This document shows, one piece after another, positions 43,010 to 53,002 of a stretch of DNA of 64,000 nucleotides. The number at the start of each line of letters is the position of its first letter. Positions within the stretch are counted from its first letter, which is position 1. The notes under the pieces are model-generated. The model was given only the letters and a program-made list of their open reading frames with translations, was not told the origin of the DNA and ran no database searches. The translations under genes and the position numbers were made by a program. The stretch is from Actinomycetota bacterium (GTDB lineage Bacteria > Actinomycetota > UBA4738 > HRBIN12), in the NCBI GenBank assembly GCA_035718185.1, contig DASTHN010000069.1:18697-82696 (forward strand), written 5' to 3'.

Positions 43010-44154
43010 GGCTCCAGCCCGAGCGCCGGGAACAGCGTCTGCCGGACCAGGTCGATGACCCCCCTGGTCTCCGTGTCCTCCCCGAGAGATGGCAGGGGCT
43101 CCTCGCTGAACGTCGCCGGCACCTCGCCGCGGAGCTGGAACTCGACCTGCTCGAGCCAGGACTCCGGCAGGTGATCGGGGAGCTCCGCGTCCGCCATCTC
43201 GGCGAAGTACATCGTCCAGGCGCGCGGCACCACCCTCGCCCACTGGTACCCGCCCCCGCCGGTGGCGACCCACCGCCCGTCTGTCACCTCGTGCGCGAGC
43301 CCATGGAGCACCTTCGCGGCCTCCCGATAGGACCGCGTGGTCAGCCGGAGGTGGGCGAGCGGGTCGGTCGCGTGCGTGTCGCACCCCAGCTGCGTCACGA
43401 GCACGTCGGGCTTCCAGCGCCGGACGAGCGGCGGGACGACCTCGCGGAAGGCCTCGAGCCAGGCGTCGTCGCCCGTGCCGGGGTGCAGCGGCACGTTCAC
43501 CTTCGTGCCCTCGGCCTCGCCCTCGCCTCGCTCGCTCACGAACCCGGTGCCGGGGAACAGGTACTCGCCCGATTCGTGGATCGAGATCGTGAGCACCCGG
43601 GGGTCCGTGTAGAAGATCTCCTGCACACCGTCGCCGTGATGCACATCGACGTCGACGTACGCGACGCGCTCGACGCCGCGGCCCAGCATCCACGCGATGA
43701 CGGCCGCCGGGTCGTCGTAGACGCAGAACCCGGACGCCCGGTCGGGCATCGCGTGGTGCAGGCCACCCGACGCGTTGAACGCATGCGCGACATCGCCGTC
43801 GAGGACGGCTTCGGCCGCGGCGATCGTCCCCCCGACGACGATGGCGGCGGCCTCGTGCATGTTCGGGAACACGGGGTTGTCGCCCGGGCCGTACCCGTAC
43901 CGGCCCCACGGACCGTCCTCGCCGTGTCCGGCGCGGCGGGTGGCGTCGACGTACTCCGGCGTGTGGACCAGCAGGATCTCCTCGTCTGTCGCCGACCGTC
44001 CGGGTTGGATGGCGACGGACGGTAGCTCGAGCAGACCGCAGGCGCGGATCAGGTCCCAGGTGAACAGCACGCGCTCGGGGCGGAAGGGGTGCTGCGGCCC
44101 GAGGTCGTAGCTCCGAGCCTCGGGTGCGAGGATCAGCCCCGCGCGTCCGCTCAC
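43006..44154 (-). CDS. histone deacetylase-family amidohydrolase (AcuC / acetylpolyamine deacetylase-like)
   Basis: GGLHHAMPDRASGFCVYDD, DVDVHHGDG and GGGGY motifs. Confidence 0.85.
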   Translation of the reverse strand: MSGRAGLILAPEARSYDLGPQHPFRPERVLFTWDLIRACGLLELPSVAIQPGRSATDEEILLVHTPEYVDATRRAGHGEDGPWGRYGYGPGDNPVFPNMHEAAAIVVGGTIAAAEAVLDGDVAHAFNASGGLHHAMPDRASGFCVYDDPAAVIAWMLGRGVERVAYVDVDVHHGDGVQEIFYTDPRVLTISIHESGEYLFPGTGFVSERGEGEAEGTKVNVPLHPGTGDDAWLEAFREVVPPLVRRWKPDVLVTQLGCDTHATDPLAHLRLTTRSYREAAKVLHGLAHEVTDGRWVATGGGGYQWARVVPRAWTMYFAEMADAELPDHLPESWLEQVEFQLRGEVPATFSEEPLPSLGEDTETRGVIDLVRQTLFPALGLEP

Positions 44155-44158
44155 GCCC

Positions 44159-45472
44159 TCATCCCAGCGCCGCGGCGATGGCCTCGCACGTGGTCCGCAC
44201 GGCGAACGCCCGCTCGTCGTCGGACAGGATGAACGGGGCTCCGAACATCACGAGGTCCCCGTCCCTGCCGTCGACGTGCCCGGTGCTCGAGTACAGCAGG
44301 AGCCCGCGCTCGCGGGCCGCCGTCACGATGCGCTCGGTCACCTTCTCCGAGCGCGGGAACGGGGCCTTCGTCTCGCGGTCGGCGACCGGCTCGATGCCCA
44401 CCATGAGACCGATGCCGCGGACGTCGCCGACGTTCGGGTGGTCCCCGAGCTCGGCAGAGAGCTCCTTCAGCAGCAGCTCGCCCTTCGTCCGGCTGGCCTC
44501 GACCAGGTCGCCCTCGCGCAGGCGGCGAAGCGTCGCGTGGGCGACGGCCGCGCCGACGCCGTTATGCGACCACGTGAATCCGTGGACGAACCCCTTCGGC
44601 TTGACGGTCTCGTACACCTCGGCGCTCGCGGCGGCGAAGCCGAACGGCCAGTACCCGCTGGTCGAGCCCTTGCCGGCGGTCAGGATGTCGGGCCGCACGC
44701 CCCAGTGATCCAGCCCGAACCAGCGGCCGGTGCGGCCGAACCCCGTCATGACCTCGTCGGCGATCAGGAGCACGCCGTGCCGGCGGCAGACCTCGGCGAC
44801 GACCGGCCAGTAGTCGTCGGTCGGCACCGTCGCCGCGAGCGTGGCACCACCGACCGGCTCGGCGATGAAGGCGGCGACGTTCTCGGGCCCGATCTCGAAG
44901 ATCAGCGTCTCGAGCGCGTCGGCGTAGCGGGCACCGCAGTCGACCGGATGGTCCGGCATCGAGCACCGGTACTCGTAGGGGGTCTCGGTGTGACGGAAGC
45001 GACCGAGCCACGGCAGGTATGGGCCCTTCAGCGCATCCTTGCCGCCGACGTCCAGCGCCCCGAACGTGTTGCCGTGGTACGACTGCGTGCGGCCGATCAC
45101 GACGTGGCGCGTGTCCTCCCCGCGTGCGATCTGGTACGTGCGCGCGAGCTTCAGAGCGGTCTCGACCGCCTCGCTGCCGCCGGAGACCGGGTACAGCATC
45201 GCTCCGTCCATCGGCAGGACCGTCGCGACGTCATCCGCGTATGCCTCGAGCGCGTCGGTCGTGAACATCGTGCCGTGCACGTACTGGACCTTGCCGGCCT
45301 GCTCGGCCATCGCGGCCAGGAGCGTGGGATCGCCGTGCCCGACGTTCGAGACGACGGCGCCGCCCGCGCCATCCAGGTAGCGCTTGCCCTCGGTGTCGGT
45401 GATCCAGACGCCCTCCGCGCGAGCCGCGTGCGGCAGCTCCCTCGTGAGGACGCGGCGGAAGACGTGGGTCAT
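44159..45472 (-). CDS. class-III (omega) aminotransferase
   Basis: SGGSEAVETALKLAR, LIADEVMTGFGRTG and ILTAGKG (PLP Lys) motifs. Confidence 0.88.
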   Translation of the reverse strand: MTHVFRRVLTRELPHAARAEGVWITDTEGKRYLDGAGGAVVSNVGHGDPTLLAAMAEQAGKVQYVHGTMFTTDALEAYADDVATVLPMDGAMLYPVSGGSEAVETALKLARTYQIARGEDTRHVVIGRTQSYHGNTFGALDVGGKDALKGPYLPWLGRFRHTETPYEYRCSMPDHPVDCGARYADALETLIFEIGPENVAAFIAEPVGGATLAATVPTDDYWPVVAEVCRRHGVLLIADEVMTGFGRTGRWFGLDHWGVRPDILTAGKGSTSGYWPFGFAAASAEVYETVKPKGFVHGFTWSHNGVGAAVAHATLRRLREGDLVEASRTKGELLLKELSAELGDHPNVGDVRGIGLMVGIEPVADRETKAPFPRSEKVTERIVTAARERGLLLYSSTGHVDGRDGDLVMFGAPFILSDDERAFAVRTTCEAIAAALG

Positions 45473-45499
45473 GACTGGCTCCTCTCGTTCGACGTCACT

Positions 45500-46207
45500 C
45501 TACGGCGCGGCACGCAGCGGTCGCGGCTCGATCCTGGTCTCCGCGACGGCCTCCCCGGAGGCCTCGACGCGGTACGCGGCCGCGCCCTCACGCGAGCTCA
45601 CGACCTCGGCCAGCTCCGTGCCCTCGAAGTGCAGGGCGACCCGGTCGTCGGCGGCGTATCCGGGCGGCAGCCGGCGCTCCCTGGCGAAGCGGTGGTATGC
45701 GGGCCGTCGGTCGGGCTCGCCGTCGTAGTGCGGGCAGAACGATCCGGACAGCAGTCCCAGACCATCCCGCCACGGGACCAGCTCAGGGCTGAGCGAGTCG
45801 GTCACGCCGGCCTCGAACCAGCACAGGGCGCCGGCGCTGATCCCGGCGAGCACGACCCCGCGCTCCCATGCCTGTCGGAGTGTCTCGTCCAGGCCGTGGA
45901 GGCGCCAGATCGCGAGCATGTTCGCCGTGCTCCCGCCGCCGACGTACACCACGTCGTGGGAGCGGAGGATCTCCCCGATCGCGGGGTACGGGAGCTGGAA
46001 CAGCGAAAGGTGGCTCGGCTCGCACGGTCGCCGCGTGAACGCCGCGTAGAAGCGCTCGACGTACGAGGCGGCGTCACCGCTCGCCGTCGGGACGAAGACG
46101 ACGCGCGGTCGCTCCTTGCCGGTCAGCTCGAGGATGAAGTCGTCGAGCAGCGGGTCGTCGTCGCTGAACCCGCCGCCCCCCATCGCGACGATGTGCCGGT
46201 CGGCCAC
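45500..46207 (-). CDS. peptidase E / S51-family (type 1 glutamine amidotransferase-like) protein
   Basis: IVAMGGGGF...VFVPTAS...VVYVGGGSTANML...AGISAGA pattern. Confidence 0.72.
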   Translation of the reverse strand: MADRHIVAMGGGGFSDDDPLLDDFILELTGKERPRVVFVPTASGDAASYVERFYAAFTRRPCEPSHLSLFQLPYPAIGEILRSHDVVYVGGGSTANMLAIWRLHGLDETLRQAWERGVVLAGISAGALCWFEAGVTDSLSPELVPWRDGLGLLSGSFCPHYDGEPDRRPAYHRFARERRLPPGYAADDRVALHFEGTELAEVVSSREGAAAYRVEASGEAVAETRIEPRPLRAAP

Positions 46208-46216
46208 GCCGATCGC

Positions 46217-46996
46217 CTACTTCGTGTAGGTCCCGTCGGGGTCGAGCTCGTCCCGGATCAAGCGGAGCTCGTCCTGCGTTGGCGCCGGCGTCTGGCCGAG
46301 GTCGGGCGAGACCCGCGGGTCCCACCCCATGCTCTCGCGGACCTGGTCGAGCGTGACGCCCGGGTGCAACGTGAGCAGCGTCATCTCGCCGGTCGCCTCG
46401 TCGAAGCCATACGTGCCGAGGTCGGTCACCACGCTGGTCGGGCCGCTCCCCCACCAGCCACGTGCGCGATCGTGCTCGGGATCGCCCGAGTGTCCGGGCG
46501 AGGTCCGGAAGTGGAGCTTCTCGACGAAGGACCGCGGCGCCTGGCGCATGATCACCAGGATCTGCCGGGCGTGGATCGCGATCTCGCACGCGCCGCCCGA
46601 ACCCGGCAGCCGCACCTTCGGCTTCGCGTAGTCGCCGATGACGGTCGTGTTGAGGTTGCCGAACCTGTCGATCTGGGCGCCGCCCAGGAACGCCACGTCG
46701 ATCAGGCCGGCCTGCAGGTAGTAGGCGAACAGCTCGAACATCGACGTCACCGCGGTCGATCCCGACACGAGCGTGGGGTCGCCGATCGATAGCGGCAGGC
46801 GCTCGGGCCGGGCGCCGAACACGCCGGACTCGTACACGAGCTGCAGGTCGGGGGCGACCGTGCGCTGCGCGAGGTTGCACACGATGTTCGGCAGGCCCAC
46901 GCCGACGAAGCAGTTCTTCGCGCCGGCGAGGCCACGCGCCGAGGCCGCGATCATGATCTCGTTCTTCGAATAGCCGAGGTCCGCGGCGACGCTCAT
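46217..46996 (-). CDS. CoA-transferase subunit B
   Basis: ...VYESGVFG...GGAQIDRFGNLN...LPGSGGA... pattern. The ATG overlaps the subunit A stop. Confidence 0.82.
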   Translation of the reverse strand: MSVAADLGYSKNEIMIAASARGLAGAKNCFVGVGLPNIVCNLAQRTVAPDLQLVYESGVFGARPERLPLSIGDPTLVSGSTAVTSMFELFAYYLQAGLIDVAFLGGAQIDRFGNLNTTVIGDYAKPKVRLPGSGGACEIAIHARQILVIMRQAPRSFVEKLHFRTSPGHSGDPEHDRARGWWGSGPTSVVTDLGTYGFDEATGEMTLLTLHPGVTLDQVRESMGWDPRVSPDLGQTPAPTQDELRLIRDELDPDGTYTK

Positions 46997-47913
46997 GCGT
47001 ACCTCCCGTAGTCGACCTCGCCCGACATCGCGGGCTCGGGCTTCAGCGACTCCCAGTGGTCGGCGCCCATCTTCTCGAGGTAGTCGGCGTGGGTCTCCAG
47101 GTCGTAGACCCACTCCTTCAGCCACGCCTCGAAGGTCTCCGGCTCGCGCGCGATCTGGTCCCATTTCAGGTAGAAGGCGTTGTCGCGGTCGTAGTACCCC
47201 TGCGCGAACGAGGGATGGCAGCTGAACGGCTGCTCGACGACCGCGTCGACGACCACGCCGGGGATGATCGTGCGGTTCGGGTCGCGCCGGACCACGGACC
47301 CCTCCACGACCTCTTCGCACACGACGATCACGCGCTCGGCGGCGAACGCCGCCTCCTTCTGGCATCCGAGGAGCCCCCAGATCTGCGCGTCGCCGTCCTG
47401 CGTCGCCCGCTGGCACGCCACCACGGTGACGTCCGGCCTGAGCGGCGGCACGACCGCGACCTCGGTCGCATCCTCGTACGGCGAGACCATCGTCCTGATG
47501 TTCGGGTTCACGTTGGGGATGTCGCTCTCGTAGTACGAGCGGATCGGGAAGAACGGCAGGTTCGACGCCCCGGCGACGTACCGGCACACCATGCCGAAGT
47601 GCGAGTACTCCTCGATCTCGAGCGGCTCCGGGTCGTGGTCCTCGATCCGGCGACGGACCGCGTGGAGCGAACCCACGCCCGGGTTGCCGAGCCACGAGAA
47701 GATGAGCTTCCTCGCGACCCCCGCCCCGATCATCTGGTCGTAGATCACGTCCGGGGTCATGCGCGCCAGCGTCAGGTCGCGCCTGCGCTGCCGGATGATC
47801 TCGTGCCCGGCGGCGAAGCAGATCAGGTGCGTGAAGCCCTCGATCGCCACCGTGTCGCCGTCGCGGACCAACTCCGCGACGGCCTCCCTCATCGTCGTCA
47901 CCTTGCTACCCAT
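46993..47913 (-). CDS. CoA-transferase subunit A (glutaconate/3-oxoacid CoA-transferase family)
   Basis: MGSKVTTMREAVAELVRDGDTVAIEGF..., a family-typical N-terminus. The start was chosen at the second Met (47913). The ORF-track start is 47928. Confidence 0.8.
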   Translation of the reverse strand: MGSKVTTMREAVAELVRDGDTVAIEGFTHLICFAAGHEIIRQRRRDLTLARMTPDVIYDQMIGAGVARKLIFSWLGNPGVGSLHAVRRRIEDHDPEPLEIEEYSHFGMVCRYVAGASNLPFFPIRSYYESDIPNVNPNIRTMVSPYEDATEVAVVPPLRPDVTVVACQRATQDGDAQIWGLLGCQKEAAFAAERVIVVCEEVVEGSVVRRDPNRTIIPGVVVDAVVEQPFSCHPSFAQGYYDRDNAFYLKWDQIAREPETFEAWLKEWVYDLETHADYLEKMGADHWESLKPEPAMSGEVDYGRYA

Positions 47914-48283
47914 CGGGCGACCACCCATCCTCGGGACCCCGCAGGATGCAGAACTCGTTCCCCTCGGGGTCGCACATCACCGTCCAGAAGCTGCCATGCT
48001 CCTCGACGTACCGGTACACCGTCGCGCCGAGCGCTGCGACCCGTTCGACCTCCTCGGCCATCGAGACCGGAGGCCGCAGATCCAGGTGCACGCGGTTCTT
48101 CACCGCCTTGCCCTCGGGCACGATGAAGAAGGACAGGCGCCAGCCCTCGCCGGCCGGGTCGACGATCTCGGCGCCGTCCTCGTCGATGTCCGACAGCTCG
48201 TAGCCGAGCACCTCGGTCCAGAACTCCGCCAGCCGGCGCGGGTCCGCACAGTCGAACGTGAGCGCGTCGACCGTCGAGGCCAC
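47906..48283 (-). CDS. VOC/glyoxalase-fold family protein
   Basis: 125 aa with the FDCADPRRLAEFWTEVLGY...HLDL... pattern. Confidence 0.72.
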   Translation of the reverse strand: MASTVDALTFDCADPRRLAEFWTEVLGYELSDIDEDGAEIVDPAGEGWRLSFFIVPEGKAVKNRVHLDLRPPVSMAEEVERVAALGATVYRYVEEHGSFWTVMCDPEGNEFCILRGPEDGWSPDG

Positions 48284-48292
48284 CGGCCGCTC

Positions 48293-49579
48293 CTACCCCG
48301 CGACCTCGGCGACGGCCTCCTCCAGCACGTCGAGCGCGGTCTTGGCCTGGTCCTCGCGGAACACGAGCGGCGGCGCCATCCGGATCACGTCATCGCCGCA
48401 CCCGAGCGTGAGGAGTCCGCGCTTGAACGCGGCGTGCTCGACCGCCGTCCGTCGCGCCCCGTCGGCGAACTGGATGCCGATCATGAGGGCGAGCCCGCGG
48501 ACGTCGACGATGAGAGCCGGGAACCGGTCCTGGATGCCCCGCAGCCCCTCGAGCAGGACGCCGCCGACCTCCGCGGCGTTCTCCATCAGGCCATGCTCGA
48601 CCAGGTCGATCGTGGCGAGCGCCGCCGCGCACGATAGCGGGTTGCCGCCGTACGTCGATCCGTGCGCGCCGAGCTCCCATCCCATGAGGTGGTCGCGTGC
48701 GACGATCGCCCCGAGCGGCATGCCGCTCGCGATGCCCTTGCCCGAGAGCAGGATGTCGGGTTCCACGCCGAAGTGCTCGATCGCCCACATCTTCCCGGTG
48801 CGACCCATCCCGCTCTGGACCTCGTCGGCCACGAGGAGGATGCCGTGCTGGTCGCAGAGGTCCCGGAGGTAGCGCATCCAGCCGTCGGGCGGGATGACGT
48901 AGCCGCCCTCGCCCATGATCGGCTCGACGAAGATGGCGGCGACCTCGTCCGGGTAGACCATGTGCTTGAACAGCACCTTCTCCATGTACTCGAAGTCGCC
49001 GTAGATCGAGTGGTAGACGCTCGGCACCACCGGACCGAAGTGGGCCCGGTACTTCGCCTTGCTCGCCCCGAGGGAGATGGCCCCATACGACCGCCCGTGG
49101 AAGGCGCCGTAGAACGCGATCGCGTACTGCCGCTCGGTCGCGTACCTGGCGAGCTTCAGCGCTCCCTCGACGGCCTCGGTCCCCGAGTTCGTGAGGAACG
49201 ACCTCGCCGGCCCGCTCATGGGCGCGATCCGGTCCAGGACCTCGCACACGTCCGAGTAGATCGGCAGGTAGAAGTCGCTCGCCGAATAGTGGATCAGCTC
49301 GGCCGCCTGCCGCCGGATCGCCTCGACCACCGTCGGGTGGGCGTGCCCCGTGGAGGTGACGGCGATCCCGGCGTTCAGGTCCAGGAACCGGTTGCCGTCG
49401 ACGTCCTCGACGACCGAGCCCGCGCCGCGCCTGGGGACGAACTCGTACGCCCGGGGCAGCGAGGGGCTCGTGACCCTGCGGTCGCGCTCCACCCGCGCCC
49501 GGGCGTTCGGGCCCGGGATCTCCGTGGTCAGGTTCGGGGCTGTGGCGTTGGCCAGGTCCTCGTACGCGGGCGTGCTCAC
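48293..49579 (-). CDS. class-III aminotransferase (4-aminobutyrate/ornithine aminotransferase-like)
   Basis: NSGTEAVEGALKLAR, LVADEVQSGMGRTG and LLSGKGIASG motifs. The GTG start overlaps the upstream stop. Confidence 0.88.
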   Translation of the reverse strand: MSTPAYEDLANATAPNLTTEIPGPNARARVERDRRVTSPSLPRAYEFVPRRGAGSVVEDVDGNRFLDLNAGIAVTSTGHAHPTVVEAIRRQAAELIHYSASDFYLPIYSDVCEVLDRIAPMSGPARSFLTNSGTEAVEGALKLARYATERQYAIAFYGAFHGRSYGAISLGASKAKYRAHFGPVVPSVYHSIYGDFEYMEKVLFKHMVYPDEVAAIFVEPIMGEGGYVIPPDGWMRYLRDLCDQHGILLVADEVQSGMGRTGKMWAIEHFGVEPDILLSGKGIASGMPLGAIVARDHLMGWELGAHGSTYGGNPLSCAAALATIDLVEHGLMENAAEVGGVLLEGLRGIQDRFPALIVDVRGLALMIGIQFADGARRTAVEHAAFKRGLLTLGCGDDVIRMAPPLVFREDQAKTALDVLEEAVAEVAG

Positions 49580-51141
49580 TCCTCGATCACCGTCCTCGAC
49601 TGCTCCCGGAGGTACTGCTGGACGTAGTAGGGTCCCCCACCCGCCTTGCCGGTCGTGCCCGAGCCCTTCCAGCCGCCGAAGGGCTGGACCCCTGGCCAGG
49701 CGCCGGTCGTGGCGCCGGCGCGACGGTTCACGTAGACCACACCGGCCTCGATCGAGTTCAGCCACCGATCGATCTCGGCACGGTCCTCGCTGTAGAAGCC
49801 GGCCGTCAGGCCATACTCCGTGGCGTTCGACTTCGCGATCGCGTCGTCCAAGTCGTCGTAGGGTGCCACGACGACGAACGGAACGAACAGCTCCTTCCTC
49901 CAGATCCACGAGTCCTCGGGCACCTCGGCGATCGTCGGCTGGACGAAGTTGCCGGTCGCGAGCCCGTCGTCCGTGAGACGTTCGCCGCCCGTGACGATCG
50001 TGCCGTTCTTCTTCGCCTCGGCGGCCGCCTCCTCGAATGTCTCGATCGCGTGCTCATCGATGACCGGCCCGAGGTAGACGTCCTTCTCGAGCGGGTTGCC
50101 GATCTTGATCTTCTCGGTCTTCTCCTTCAGCAGCCGCACGAACTCTTCGTGCACGCTGCGGTGGACGTAGACCCGCGAGTTCGCCGAGCACTTCTGCCCG
50201 CCGAACCCGAACGCCGAGCGCATCACGCCGTCGGTCGCCTTGTCCAGATCGGCCTTGTCGCTCACGATCGTCGGGTTCTTGCCGCCCATCTCGCAGACGA
50301 CCGGCTTCGGGAAGTCCTTGGCGAAACCCTTGTAGATCCCCATCCCGACCTCGTACGACCCGGTGAAGGTGACCCCCGCGACGTCGGGGTGGTTCACGAT
50401 CTCGTCGCCGATGACGCTGCCGGGACCGGAGAGGTAGTGGAAGACGCCCTTCGGGACACCGGCCGCCATGTAGACCTCGTAGAGCTTCAGGCCGGTGAAC
50501 ACGCCGAGGTGGGCGGGCTTGAAGACCACGCAGTTCCCGGCCACGAGCGCGGCGCTCGACGGCCCTGCGGCAAGGGCCATCGGGAAGTTGAAGGGGCTGA
50601 TGACGGCCCACACGCCGAACGGCCGGAGTACGTCGTAGTACTCGCCGGGCGAGCCGAGCGACTGCATCGGCTTGCGGAAGCCGTCGTTGCGCTCGACCTC
50701 GTTCGCGTTCCAGCGGATCAGGTCGGCCGACTCCTCGACGTCGCCGAGCGCCTCCAGTCGGTTCTTGCCGACCTCCATCGCCATCAGGGCCGAGAGCTCG
50801 TTGCGCTGCTCGCTCATGATGTCGGCAGCCTTGCGCATGATCGCCACGCGCTCCTGCCATGGGCGGTTGGCCCACTCGGGGAAGGCCGCCTTGGCGGCGG
50901 CGACCGCGTCGCGCACGTCCTCCCGCGTCCCCTGCGCGAACTCGCCGATCACCCGGCCGTCGATCGGCGAGCGGACCTCCCTGTGGCCGCTGCCCTCGCG
51001 AGCCTCGCCGTTCACGTACAGCGGGTGCTTCTGGCCGAGCCACGAGGTGGCCACCTCGACGCCCTGATCGTAGAGCTTGTGCAGCTCCTCGTTGTCGGCC
51101 GACATGGTGGCGTAGGTGATGCGGAAGCCCTGCTCTGCCAT
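49576..51141 (-). CDS. pruA: L-glutamate gamma-semialdehyde (1-pyrroline-5-carboxylate) dehydrogenase
   Basis: ALDH catalytic EMGGKN and GQKCSA motifs. The C-terminus, NRRAGATTGAWPGVQPFGGWKGSGT, resembles the Thermus/Bacillus P5CDH tail. Confidence 0.82.
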   Translation of the reverse strand: MAEQGFRITYATMSADNEELHKLYDQGVEVATSWLGQKHPLYVNGEAREGSGHREVRSPIDGRVIGEFAQGTREDVRDAVAAAKAAFPEWANRPWQERVAIMRKAADIMSEQRNELSALMAMEVGKNRLEALGDVEESADLIRWNANEVERNDGFRKPMQSLGSPGEYYDVLRPFGVWAVISPFNFPMALAAGPSSAALVAGNCVVFKPAHLGVFTGLKLYEVYMAAGVPKGVFHYLSGPGSVIGDEIVNHPDVAGVTFTGSYEVGMGIYKGFAKDFPKPVVCEMGGKNPTIVSDKADLDKATDGVMRSAFGFGGQKCSANSRVYVHRSVHEEFVRLLKEKTEKIKIGNPLEKDVYLGPVIDEHAIETFEEAAAEAKKNGTIVTGGERLTDDGLATGNFVQPTIAEVPEDSWIWRKELFVPFVVVAPYDDLDDAIAKSNATEYGLTAGFYSEDRAEIDRWLNSIEAGVVYVNRRAGATTGAWPGVQPFGGWKGSGTTGKAGGGPYYVQQYLREQSRTVIEE

Positions 51142-51328
51142 GGTTGCCTCCCCTTCCCGAAAGAGCGCTCTGACCAGCCCTCATCGTAGCCGCGCCCCCC
51201 TCGTCTCCCCAAGTCGGACGGCCGGGGTGGGACCGGGCCGACCGACCCCCGGGGCCGGCCCCGAGCGCCGCGCCCGCCGCCCCGAGGCCCCCCTTGCGGG
51301 TCCGCGCAGGCGACCCGAGGTAACGCGC

Positions 51329-52024
51329 CTACGTCGAGGCTAGCGACGCGGCGAAGCCCACCACGGTCCACACCCCTGCCCACGACCCGCCGCGGTCGAA
51401 GGCGTACGGCATCAGCGAGTCCGTGAGCATCGCGAGCAGACCTCCGGCCGCGAGCGCGGCGGCCCGGTCCCCCGTAGCTCCCGACGTCTGTGCGACGGCG
51501 TACCCGAGACCGGCGGTCACTCCGCAGGCGACGACGACGGCCGCCCACATCCCGACCAGCTTCGTCCAGCGCCAGCCGGCTGCGGCGAGCTCGGCCGAGG
51601 GTGCGAGTGCCTGCGGGATGTTGGAGACGAAGACCGCGCCGAGGAACGCGAGGCTGATGGCCTGTCCGGACGCGATCTGGATGCCGAAGATGGCGGACTC
51701 GGGCACGCCGTCGACGACGGAACCGACCACGATGCCCAGGGGCGCCGGCCCGGAGCCCTCGCCACCGTCGAAACGCGTCTCCACGATGCGATCGCTCACG
51801 ACGAACACCGCGGCGCCGAGCAGGAGCCACAGGGCGAGCTCCCCGTGACCCAGCGTCTCGCTCTCGGGGATCAGGTCGAACGCGATCGCGGCCACGAGGG
51901 CGCCCGCCCCGAACCCGGCGAGCGCACCGATGACCTTCGTGGGAACGTGCACCCCGTACACGACGAGGCCGCTCAGGATCAGCGAGGACTGTGCGACCGC
52001 TCCGAGCAGGACGGCATCGATCAT
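51329..52024 (-). CDS. ZIP-family divalent metal transporter
   Basis: Multi-TM protein with VVDGVPES and ...FVSNIPQAL... patterns typical of ZupT-like proteins. Confidence 0.75.
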   Translation of the reverse strand: MIDAVLLGAVAQSSLILSGLVVYGVHVPTKVIGALAGFGAGALVAAIAFDLIPESETLGHGELALWLLLGAAVFVVSDRIVETRFDGGEGSGPAPLGIVVGSVVDGVPESAIFGIQIASGQAISLAFLGAVFVSNIPQALAPSAELAAAGWRWTKLVGMWAAVVVACGVTAGLGYAVAQTSGATGDRAAALAAGGLLAMLTDSLMPYAFDRGGSWAGVWTVVGFAASLAST

Positions 52025-52173
52025 CCGCTCACCCTAGCCGGACACCAGCGGTCGGGCGCGGACCTCGCGGGGTCCGGCATGCGGGACGCATCGACCGCAC
52101 CGGTCCCCGCCGCCAGCGGATCGCCCGCGGATATCGAGATTCGGGGGTCCCCCGGGCGTACCATCGGGTTCCC

Positions 52174-52986
52174 TTGAGGCTCGTGACCTACGACCGGAGG
52201 GGGCACCGGCGACTGGGGGCGCTCCTCGAGGATCGGGTCGTGGACCTGCCCGACCTTGTCGGGCACCCGGCGTACCCGACCACGATGGAACGCCTGGTCG
52301 TGAGCAACGGAGGCACCGTCTTCGACGTCGCCCGCGCCGCCCTCGAGCGCAAGGACGCCGACCTGGCCCTGGTCGAGCACGCGCGCCTGCTCGCTCCGCT
52401 GCTCCCCACGGCGCTCCGGTCGGCGGACGCGGACGAGGGCGCCAGGCCGGTCGCCGGCCCCGACGAGGACCTCGCCTGGCCCCCCGACGCCGGGTGGCTC
52501 GAGTTCCGTCCGAAGATCGCCGCGATCCTGCGCCGTCCGATCGGCGACCCGGTCGTCCGCGAAGACGTCCCGAGCGTGGTCTTCGGCTACACGCTCGTCG
52601 GGGACTTCCTCACGCACGCCGGCACCGGCGACCCGGCGCCCAGCACGAACGGCTCGCCGCTCGCGCTCGGCCCCTGCGTGGTCACTCCGGACGAGCTGGA
52701 CCCGCAGACCACGTACGTGACCGTCCGCGTGGACGGAAAGGAATGGGCGAAGGGCAACCTGAACGGGACGGCGCGGACGCTCCTCGCCGACGTCGCCGCG
52801 GCCTCGCGGCAGGAGCGGCTCGCGGCGGGCGAGGCGTTCGCCTCAGGGCCGTTCGAGTTGGAGCGCTTCGACCAGCGGCTGTGGCCCGGTGCCGAGGTCG
52901 AGGTCGAGGCCGAGGGCATCGGCGTGCTCCGGGTCCGCCTGGGTCGCCCCGATGCGCCGGGGCCGAGGGCGATCCCCGGCCCCTGA
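52174..52986 (+). CDS. fumarylacetoacetate hydrolase (FAH) family protein
   Basis: LRLVTYDRRG... N-terminal domain and C-terminal FAH-like ...GYTLVGDF...GTPLALGP.... The start is TTG 52174 or GTG 52183. Confidence 0.68.
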   Translation: MRLVTYDRRGHRRLGALLEDRVVDLPDLVGHPAYPTTMERLVVSNGGTVFDVARAALERKDADLALVEHARLLAPLLPTALRSADADEGARPVAGPDEDLAWPPDAGWLEFRPKIAAILRRPIGDPVVREDVPSVVFGYTLVGDFLTHAGTGDPAPSTNGSPLALGPCVVTPDELDPQTTYVTVRVDGKEWAKGNLNGTARTLLADVAAASRQERLAAGEAFASGPFELERFDQRLWPGAEVEVEAEGIGVLRVRLGRPDAPGPRAIPGP

Positions 52987-53002
52987 TCCCCGCCACCGGC
53001 GG

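Noticed and set aside
52025-52173. A Zur/metal-regulator box in front of the ZIP transporter.
   Set aside because: I could not find an AT-rich palindrome of the TGAAAATGATTTTCA type or any other convincing inverted repeat in this divergent region.
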